Positions 12,584 through 22,112 of a stretch of 38,343 bases of DNA are shown one piece after another. A model generated the notes under the pieces. That model worked only from the letters and a program-made list of their open reading frames with translations, was not told the origin of the DNA and did no database searches. Location of the stretch: positions 4,957-43,299 of the forward strand of contig CALSCP010001301.1 of NCBI GenBank assembly GCA_943704425.1, read 5' to 3'. The translations under genes and the position numbers were made by a program. Positions within the stretch are counted from its first letter, which is position 1; every line of letters begins with the position of its first letter. The stretch is from Ministeria vibrans ATCC 50519 (Eukaryota; Protista; Filasterea).

Positions 12584-14917
12584 AACGTGGGGCTGACGGT
12601 CAATCTGATTGACTCACCGGGCCACGTCGACTTTAACAGCGAGGTTTCGTCGGCTCTGCGTCTCGCGGACGGTGCCCTTCTTGTCGTGGACGCTGTCGAC
12701 GGCGTGTCGGCGCAAACGGAGACAGTCCTTCGACAGGCACTTGCCGAACGCGTTCAGCCTGTGCTCGTCATCAACAAGATTGACCGGTACTTCCTCGAGC
12801 TTCACCTCACCGCCGACGAGATGCACTCGCGATTTGCCGCGTTGGTCGCCAGTGTCAACACGATCATTGAGGACTTTGACACGAGCTTCTGTGTCAATCC
12901 CAAGGACGGCAACGTTGCATTTGTGAGCGCCAAGCAAGGCTGGGGCTTTAGTCTCGACACGTTTGCGCGCGTTCACGCGGCCAAGCGTGGCGCCGGACGT
13001 GACACCGATGCCGCTCTCATTGCCAAGCTGCGTCGTCGTCTCTGGGAGAGCTCGGGTGCCTTTGCCGAAGGCATCATTGCGCCACTCCAGGGCTTCTTTG
13101 AGCTGGCTGATCAACTTGCGCGCGACCCTTCCAGCATGGACGCTACCATCGAGCGTGCACTGGAGCGTCTGACGCAGCTCGGCTCTCGACGAGTCGTGAG
13201 CACGACGGCCTTGCGCAAGCGTCTGGACGCCCAGCCGCAGGGCAAGGAGGCCAAGGAACTGTTGCGATTCTCCTTGCACTCATGGCTTCCCGCCGCCGAC
13301 GTGCTCCTTGACATGATGTACGCACACATTCCAAGCCCGGACAAGGCTCAGCGCCACCGCGTTCCCGTGCTCTACAGCGGTCCCGTCGACGACGAGTGTG
13401 GTCAGGCCATTTGTGACGCAAATCCCGACGGTCCTCTCATGTTCTTCGCGTCGAAGCTCGTGCAGGAGCCTACCGCTCGCGGTGGTGCGGCCACCAGCAA
13501 CAAGTTTATTGCCTTTGGTCGTGTCTACGCTGGCACTGTGCGTCCCGGTGATCGTGTGCGCGTACTCACTCCTGAGTACGTTGCTCCCGTCGAGGGCGCA
13601 GCGGCATCGTCGTCGTCTGCCAACAGCAAGAACGCCTACATGGCCCGCGTCCAGTCGGTTGTGTGTTTCCAAGGTGCAAAGCGTGGCGATCCCGTCTCCA
13701 TTGCGTACCCCGGCGACATTGTTGGTCTCATTGGTGTTGACGCTCACCTGAACAAGAGCGGCACAGTGACGACGAGTGACGTCGCGCACTCAATGCGTGT
13801 GCTCCGCCTCACAGTCGCACCCGTTGTTCGCGTTGCCATTGAGGCGGTGCGTCCCAGCGAATTGCCCAAGCTCGTTGATGCCATGCGTCGTCTGGCCAAG
13901 GCCGATCCACTGCTGCGCTGTCCGCCACCTCAGGAGAACAACGGTCAAAATCTGATTTGTGCCGCGGGCGAGCTTCACCTCGAGGTGTCGCTCAAGAAGC
14001 TCGAAACCTTCTCGGCGGGCATTCAGGTGCGCGTGGGTCGTCCCACCGTCGAGTATTGCGAGACGGTGCTGGGCGACAGTGAGCCTGTCTGGGCAAAGTC
14101 GAGCAACAAGCACAACCGTTTGTCGATCACAGCGCATCCTTTGCCCGCCTCCTTTGTCCAGGCAGTTGCCGACGAGGACATTGTCTGGCCTCCGCGCGGC
14201 GAAGGCTCGGCCGTGGCATTTGCACGCAAGCTCGTCACTGAGCACAGCATTGACGCCAACATGGCGCGTCGCGTCATGTACGTGACTACGCCGGCTGACA
14301 TGGGCGAGCGTGGTCTCGGCTGCATGCTTGTCGACGGAACCACCTCGGTGCAAAACCTCGGAGCAATCCGCGACTCCATCACGGCCGCTCTCCAATGGGT
14401 GTGTCGCGAGGGACCTCTCTGCAACGAGCAGCAGCGAGGTGTCATGTATGTGATTCGCGACGCCAAGATTCACGGCGACGCCGCCCATCGTGGCACCTCC
14501 GAGATTCTCCCGTGTGCTCGACGAGGCTTCTACGCGGCCTTTCTTAGCGCCTTGCCGGCTCTGCTCGAACCTGTGTTCGAGGCGGAGATTCAAGCGCCCG
14601 ACGACTGTCTTGGCAAGATCTTCTCAACGCTCAATACGCGTCGCGGTCGCATCGTGTCGCACGAACCGCAGCGTGTGCTAGCCTCCCTGCCTGTCGCTGA
14701 GTCTTTTGGCTTTGTCGGCGATCTCCGTGGCGTTACCAGCGGTCGGGCTTTTGTGAATCTGCGCTTCGATCACTGGGAGCCGCTGCCGGGCGCTGTCCAG
14801 GAAGCTGTCAACGCGAGCGAGACCAATCTGGCATCGACTGTGTGCACTGGCGTGCGTGTGCGCAAGGGCATGTCTCCCGTCGTGCCTGCACCCTCACATT
14901 ACTCTGACCGTCTCTAA
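11517..14917 (+). CDS. Eukaryotic elongation factor 2 (eEF2) paralog with an RRM + dsRBD insertion in the G domain
   Basis: Exon 1 is 11517 (or 11565)-11680 with [20 protein letters not shown]. Intron 11681-11808 (GTAAG, poly-T, gap, TTAG). Exon 2 is 11809-14917 with [78 protein letters not shown] and [23 protein letters not shown]. These motifs are eEF2-type rather than EFL1-type. Possible 5'UTR intron at 11405-11493. Confidence 0.9.
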
Positions 14918-15225
14918 GACAGTCTCTTGTGTGTGTGTGTGTGTGTCTGTGTGTGTGTTTGTGTGTGTGTGTTGTTCTTAGCGTGTCTTAGCGGGTGAAC
15001 ACATGTTGAGTCTTTGCGTGACGAAGGTGTGTGTGTGCGTGTGTGTGAAGGGAGGACAAGATGTTGAGCGAAGAGACTGTGCACTGTGGACGACTGAGCG
15101 TGGCCCCAGGACGCAATCCCAGTCTCGCCTCATCTCTTTTTCTTCCTTCTTTCACCGACTCTCTTAACCTCTTAAACGTTTCTTGTCTTTGTGTTTACTT
15201 TTCCATTTCACGCGCTTTTTTGTTT

Positions 15226-15257
<32 letters not shown>

Positions 15258-15484
15258 CCAATATGCGTGGTATTTGAGAGAAAGAAATAGTGTGTGTGAG
15301 AGAGATTGTGAACGTGTGAGGGTGTTTTGAGGAGTCGTCGACTGAGCGGGCCCCAGCGACCTTCAAGTGTTCTCTGTTCACAATACAGCTTTTGAAAAAT
15401 TTATAATAGTAATAAATTATATATATTTTATTATTATCAATATTGGCTTACATTAGTTTGATAGAAGAATAAGAAAAACATAAT

Positions 15485-18400
15485 TCAAGTAGGCTTGGAC
15501 TTTTTGGCCTTGGCCATCTTTTTGGCGGCCTTTTCGTCCTTGTCCTTGCGTTTGAACAGGCCGAATTTGGACTTCTTGCCACGAACAGGTTTGTCGCTTG
15601 TCGCATGGGAAGGGTCCCAAGCGTCACCGTACGCTGCCAATTTAGAATCGATGGGGGTTCCGTCTGCATCGTAGTCGTGCTGCAGACGATGTGCTAGGCC
15701 AGCGACACTGGCCACGTCGCTGAGCGCCGTGCTGGCCACATCGTCGTCATCATTATCCCGCACGGGTGAGCGCGATATGTGCAGGGCCAGTGCCGACGCC
15801 TGCTTGTCAATCATGTCACGTTCCAACGCTTTCGTCGCCTCGGTCTCCTGTTGTGCAGCTGCAGCCGCACGGGCCTCTTCCGCCTTCTTCTGCGCCACAG
15901 ACGTCGCCACGGCCGCCAAGATCGCATCCTCCACGTCGTCTGCTTCCATCGCCAGCTCCGAGTGAGTGCGCACCAATGCTGGCTGAGGCTCCGCCTCTGT
16001 CGTACCGTCACTCGACACCTTATCTTCGTCGTCCTTGTCGCGACCAGCGTCCACTCCAATCTCAATGGTGCTTGCCAAACTGCTCTCACTCGAGCTGTGG
16101 GCGGCTCTTGTGGTGGGTGGAGCTTCAACCGGTGTTGTCTTTGGTACTGTCTTCTCCTCTTCCATCGCGGTCACATGTGCCTCCTTCTCTATCACCACTT
16201 TCGGCAATGTCACATGCGCCTCCTCCACTATCACCACTTTCTGCGATGACTTCCCTACCGCCTCTTGCACTCTCATCTCCTCTTCCACCCCGACCCTGTG
16301 TTCTTGTTGCACGCGTTGCTCCTGCTCCTGTTGCTCCACACGCTTCGCCAAATCCTTCTCGCGCACACTCGCCTCTTTCATCAAATCTTGTTCCAGCGCT
16401 CGCAAACGTTCGGACTCGCGCTCGGAAGCTTTGCGGGCCTCCGCCAACGCACGCGCCTGTTCCTCCATTTTGAGTCGCGCCACTCTCGCTCGCTCCACCT
16501 CCTTCTCTCGTTCCTCGTTCAATTCTGCTTCCGTCGCGTGCCACCACCACCAGAGCGAGCGCATCTCCTCAAGACCGAGTGTGCGGGTGCGACATACAAT
16601 GTTGCTACGATCCACGCCGCTGCGCGCGGCGCCACTCGAGAGTACATGTCGTCCAGTGGCCTCGTCGGAGCACGGACAGAAGGGCACAATTACCGGGTCG
16701 GTGTCAAAGCGCCCCCAATGGGACTGCTGACCCACGGCCGAGGCGGCCGCCACAAGATACTCAAGCGTGCGATTGACCTGACGCCAGGCGTCCACTGACG
16801 TCGTGCCCACGCGCAAACTCGCCACAATCCAGTCATCCTCCTCGCTATACTCCAACATGAGCTCGCAAAGACCACCCAACGAGACGTACGCACCGTTGGC
16901 CGACACGCGCGGCATCGGGTCGTCCATCTGAATGTCGCAGCAGAGTCGCACCACGAGACGATTGAACAAAAGCAACGAGAGTACTTGTCGACGCTCCACA
17001 CCCTTGATGGTGACCGGCCAGTAGAGCACACAGCGACGTACGCCCGAGGCAAAGCTCCATGGACCCACTTGCCACGGTTGCAGCCCCTTGTCGAGAAGCA
17101 GCGGAATCACCACAAGACGATAGTCATCGTCGTGATGGTCCTGTCGCGACAGTGTATGCATCAGTCCTAGCTGCTCAAGCAGCGCCAAAAACTCGTCGAC
17201 ATAACGCACGCCCAGCGAGCTCAGCGTGTCATGCACAAACGACAAAAGAATGGGTTCCTCGGGACACTCATGCAGTCGTCGCAGTGCCTCACGATGCGGC
17301 TCTCGTCGGTCCGCCGGCAATCTCTCCAACACTTAACAAGGAAAATACATATTAACCTACAGAGATACACAGCCAGAGCTTTATTGAATTTTACCTTGAG
17401 AGAGAATTTCAAGGGACTGCTGATCGGCTGTGGAACTTGGTGGCTGGACGGGGCGACGAGCGGCGGCATCAACGACACGGTACAGGCCCGCACACGCATT
17501 GACGACCGACTTGACGTCGAGGAAGAGACAGTCGTCATGCGACGACCTTATCGCATCTCCAATTCGCTCGAGGTACCCCAAGAATCCGGAACGACACTCT
17601 GACTAAATAAACAAAAATATTATTATTAGAAAATATTTATTTTAAAAATAAATAGAGAATCAAGAGCTGTACAGTACAATAATATTATTATTAAATAATT
17701 TTTTTATAATGAGCGTTTTTTTTTGTAGTATTGGTTGGGCTTACCTCGGAGATATTATGAGCGTCAGCTAGTTCAACAAGAGCATCCGTGGTCATGACGG
17801 CATTTTGAGGATCAGACGCAACGAGGTCGCGCAGGGCATCACCCAGACGTACCCACGCAAGGGGCTGGGGTGTCTGGAAGGTCTTGTCGTTGCTGACGGC
17901 GCTGTTGATGGCCTTGCGCAGCTCATCAATGCCTTAACGTGAGATAATGGGAGAGGTGTACGTGATGGGAAGAATATGGTGGGAAGGGTTGAGTACTAGG
18001 AATACAGTGTGAAGTTTCATCGTACCATCGCCATTGAGATTGGAGACAGTGTAGAACATATCGCCTTCGCCGTCGTCGTTGCACATCATGGGAGCGTGGA
18101 GGTGCACGTCGCCACACCACACGGACTCGAGAAAGGTGTTCATGTCGTCGGAGACATCGTCAATCTGGTCGTCGGGAATCAGGTCGACGTGCGTCGCGAC
18201 AATGACCACCTGTCCTCCCTGCGTGCGCTGACCAATGCGACGAAGCCAGGCGGCGACAGCGCGGTGCTGCTGTGCTGCCAAGTCGCCGCCACGCCACACA
18301 TTGTGTAGGTCAAAGACGACAATGAAGATGGCACAGTCGCTAATAAACAGCGACTGCAACGGTGTGTAGCGGTCCTGGCCGGCAAAGTCGAATAGTTCGA

Positions 18401-18742
18401 GAGCAACGCCGACTTTGTCGCTATCCAGCGCGAGCGACGCAATGTTGGACGGAGTACGCTGGCGCACGACTTTGATGACGGATCGCTGCCGCAGAAACTC
18501 GGGCAGCTTCGACAGAAGGCCGGATGAGGCGGAGGAGGAAGAGGCAATGGAGGTGGCGGAGGCGGTCGAGGGCAGGCGGGGAAGCAAGCGGCGCTTGGAG
18601 CTCAGTGCCTGCAGCGAGCGATGCAGTTGCGGCGCTGCTTTGTGCTCCTCCGTCCACGTTTCGTCCGCATTTTGCGACACCGTCGTCCGTTGCAAAACAA
18701 TTGTTTGGTTGTACTCGTTGTCAATCTGAGAAAGAAAGAAAA

Positions 18743-18773
<31 letters not shown>

Positions 18774-19123
18774 AAGACAAAGAGGAAAAATTTGAATATA
18801 TTTGCGTCTTGAATTTGAATGGTTACTCTGTCGCCAAGCAAAGCGGACACCAGCGAGGTCTTTCCTGCCGTGCCCAGACCCACAAGCATAATCTTCATGC
18901 GATGCACCTCGACAGTGCCGCGCGCCAACGCCTCGTTGTACGCAATTTCCGCTGGAAGTGCAATTAAAGGACGATTATCATTATCATTATTGTTTACAGT
19001 AATTTAGTTGACACTCTCACCTTCAGAGAGTTCGGCGTCTGTTGCAGCATCCGGGGCGGATTGAGACGGTTCAGTCACCACGGGCGCTTCTTCAAGGGGA
19101 GTGGAGCCACGAAAGAGCCACAT
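15485..19123 (-). CDS. Roco-family GTPase (Roc-COR) with C-terminal coiled coil and basic tail; no LRR or kinase domain
   Basis: ATG at 19123, exon 1 to 19021. P-loop KIMLVGLGTAGKTSL, G3 FDFAGQDRY, AIFIVVFDL and G4 IVATHVD. COR-like segments PLAWVRL, FLGYLERIGD..LFLDV and LLLFNRLVVRL. About five GT-AG introns; stop at 15485. Confidence 0.8.
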
Positions 19124-19398
19124 AAGGATAGTAATAATAATAATAATGATATTATGATAATAAAATAATTATTATTTTTATTATAATTATTAGCGTTAAT
19201 CGCTATTAATCGCTCTGATAAAGATTAGATTCTTATGTAAAAAAATTATTATCTTTGTTGTGTATATTGTCTTGTTTTGACATTGAGTACAGCTCTTGAT
19301 TATCTATTTATTTTTCTTATAATTATTATGTACATTAGTAACTCTCTACTGAAACTATTCAAAGTTGTTACTCAATGTTTGCTTTTACTGTTTGTAGC

Positions 19399-20081
19399 TT
19401 AATCATTCTTCTGATTGGTTGGCTTCTTACAGTTGGGCCCCATAGGAAAGAGATCACTGTCAACATGCTCTCGCTTGAAAATGGCCGTCGCCTGCGCAAT
19501 AATGTCGGGGTGGTCGGCCGCAACGTTGTTTGTCTCCGACTCGTCCGTTGCAAGATTGTACAGCTCGTACGGCTCATTGTACTTGAGCGAAACAGCCTTC
19601 CAGTCACCGATGCGCACAGCATGGCCCCACTACACACACGCATGTTGGTCAATCCACACCACACCCACAAAACCTGCTTTCGTACTCCGTTGTAACAGAA
19701 TTCCCAATAGAAAAATGGCTTTGGCGCTTGCGATTGACCAAACAGAGTGGGCACAATGGATTCGCCGTCAATGTCGGAGGGCAGTTGAGATGGCGACACG
19801 CCCGCCAGCTCGGCAAACGTCGGCATGACGTCCCAGAAGGCCCACGCGTAGTTGGACACAGCGGGTGTCTAAAGCGAGAAAGAAACCGCGTTCACACACA
19901 CACACACTCACACACACACACACAATAATCACTCAGCGTCGTACGATAGTCCCTGGCCAGCGCACTAGCGATGGCGTGCGGATGCCTCCCTCGTAGAGCG
20001 ACCGCTTAAAGCCACGCAGAGGACCAGTTGAGTCAAAGAACTTGTAGTTGTGTCCGCCCTCGTTGTGCGCACTACACACAG

Positions 20082-20112
<31 letters not shown>

Positions 20113-21527
20113 GTCATAATAAGCATAAGTACAAGTGTGTCTCTGTTGTGAGTGTACCCGTTGTCTGAGGCAAAGAAGACAATAGTGTCCTCGTCAAGTC
20201 CGTTTCTGCGCAGCGACGCCATGATCTGCCCCACATACACATCCTGGAAGGTCGAGATCTGACTGGCGTGATCACGCTCGACCGTAGGCCACGACTAACA
20301 GTATGCAAATGTCAGTCGCCCCCCCCCCCCCCCCCCCCCTTCTACTTCAACGGTGCAACCAACTCCCTATCTCTCAATCACTTTATTCCTTTCTTCCTCC
20401 TCTCTCAATCTATAAGCCTTGAGTGTGAGTCTGACCTGATTGGTGAAAATACCGTCCGAGGGTACGGGCGCACCCGTCTCGGGGTACGATCCCGTGGCAA
20501 AATCGTGCTTCCACCCGCCCGCATGTGGTGTGGTAAATGCCACATACAAAAAGAACGGCGTCTCCTAAAGCCACCGCCAGTTAACACAACCGTTACCTGC
20601 ATTACACTCCACTTTCCGTACCTTGTGGTTTGCACGCTCTTCAATGACCTGCAGCGTGCGGTTGACAAACAGATCTTGTGTCCACTGGCATTTAGTGTCG
20701 GGCGCCATGCACGTCTCCCGTGAAGGTGATTCGTTTCCGGCGACTTTTACCTATTAAACAGTCTTAACAACAACAGAAAAAAAAAGGGCTGCGTGCCTGA
20801 TGGAGTCCGTCAAAAATGGCTGGCGCATACATAAGATGGCACACACGCTGGTCCTGCTGTCCGTAGTACTCATTGAAGCCATGAGCAAGGGGGCCGGCCG
20901 TCTCGTTGTTGCACACTGAGCTGCCCAGACCCCATTTTCCCACAGCAACAGTGTGGTATCCGGCATCGCGCAGCACATTGGCCGTCGTGGTCTCTGCAAA
21001 GAAGCACATCAACACCAACAGGGCTCTTGTAAGCACATATGCATAGCAATGCCCAAGAACATAGAACATCAACACCAACAGGGCTCTTGTAAGCACATAT
21101 GCATAGCAATGCCCAAGAACATAGAACATCAACACCAACAGGGCTCTTGTAAGCACATATGCATAGCAATGCCCAAGAACATAGAACATCAACACCAACA
21201 GGGCTCTTGTAAGCACAGATGCATAGCAATGCCTGAGAAGATCATATGAGTACCATTCGGAGGAAGCGCCAGGTCTGACACCTTCCCTGGGCCATCAGGA
21301 CACTGAATGTTGTGATTGTTGCGAATGTAAGCTAATATATAAAAAAAAACACAACGGTTCAATAAAAGCACAATTGCCTCTGCGTTTCAGCCAAAGACCC
21401 ACATACCATGACCAAGATGTTTTGATGTGAACAACGTGCAGCGGCTCGGCGCGCACACGGGAGCCCCAGTGTACGCTACAGCGTGCGGTGTGCGTCGTCA
21501 ATGCACAAACCACAACTTGTCACTCTC

Positions 21528-21561
<34 letters not shown>

Positions 21562-21848
21562 CGTTACCCTGCGTAAACTGAATGCCCTCGCGTGCAAACT
21601 GGTTCAAATGCGGGGTGGGAATGCGCTGCCGCCCCTCTGGCGGACTCGCCGGGAACACCTCCACCTCGCCTGCACCGCAGAGGGTCAGCGGGAGTGGCAT
21701 GGCGCGAGAGAGCTCTTGGAGGCAAGTTCGCCTCGGACGTACCGTAGCCAAGGTCGTCCGACATGATCCACACAATGTTGGGTTGACGCGCGCCTGAAGC
21801 GACCGCAACGACACACGCGAGTAGAGCGATCACCGGTGCAGTGTTCAT
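19399..21848 (-). CDS. Secreted/lysosomal arylsulfatase (formylglycine-dependent S1 sulfatase); about 10 short introns
   Basis: Signal peptide [19 protein letters not shown], then [26 protein letters not shown], catalytic [52 protein letters not shown] and [16 protein letters not shown]. Confidence 0.92.
21005..21233. repeat. 60-bp tandem minisatellite (~3.8 near-identical copies) filling a sulfatase intron
   Basis: Unit CATCAACACCAACAGGGCTCTTGTAAGCACATATGCATAGCAATGCCCAAGAACATAGAA recurs at exact 60-nt spacing inside intron 20994-21253. Confidence 0.95.
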
Positions 21849-22112
21849 AGTTGAAAAATTATGTGAAGAAGACGAAGACATTTCAAATTTTATTATGAAT
21901 AATACAAATTATATTTTGGGCCTCTCTCAATCAATGTCTCTTGTAGCTTAGAAAAGAGGTCGACAGCTGTAAGCTGTCGAGGTTGTCAATTGTGATCAAA
22001 ATAATTGTAAAAATATTTATGTTGTTCTTCTTCTTCAATTAATTTTCCGCCCTCTCTCTATCTCTCTATCTCTCTCTTGACTATTCCTCCTCACATCTTT
22101 GAGAATCACACT

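Noticed and set aside
11912-12588. eEF2 insert as an intein or unspliced intron
   Set aside because: No C-terminal His-Asn followed by Cys/Ser/Thr and no LAGLIDADG motif. It is GC-rich, in frame and encodes recognisable RRM and dsRBD motifs, unlike the local AT- or repeat-rich introns.
11517-14917. Calling this gene the housekeeping eEF2, EFL1/Ria1 or Snu114
   Set aside because: Too divergent for canonical eEF2. It retains eEF2-specific motifs ([15 protein letters not shown], HxDAxHRG) not typical of EFL1, and lacks the acidic N-terminal extension of Snu114.
15018-15100. Box C/D snoRNA (GTGACGA ... CTGA)
   Set aside because: Imperfect C box, weak terminal stem and an interior that is mostly (GT)n; no guide complementarity could be verified.
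17330-17395. Recursive splice site (TGTAG|GTTAAT) inside a Roco intron
   Set aside because: The sub-introns would be only about 38 and 25 nt, and using the inner AG as final acceptor gives an immediate stop. A single intron ending at TTAAG explains the frame.
21005-21233. Regular 60-bp repeats as a CRISPR array
   Set aside because: Units are contiguous and identical with no unique spacers, no cas genes are present, and the array lies in a eukaryotic intron.
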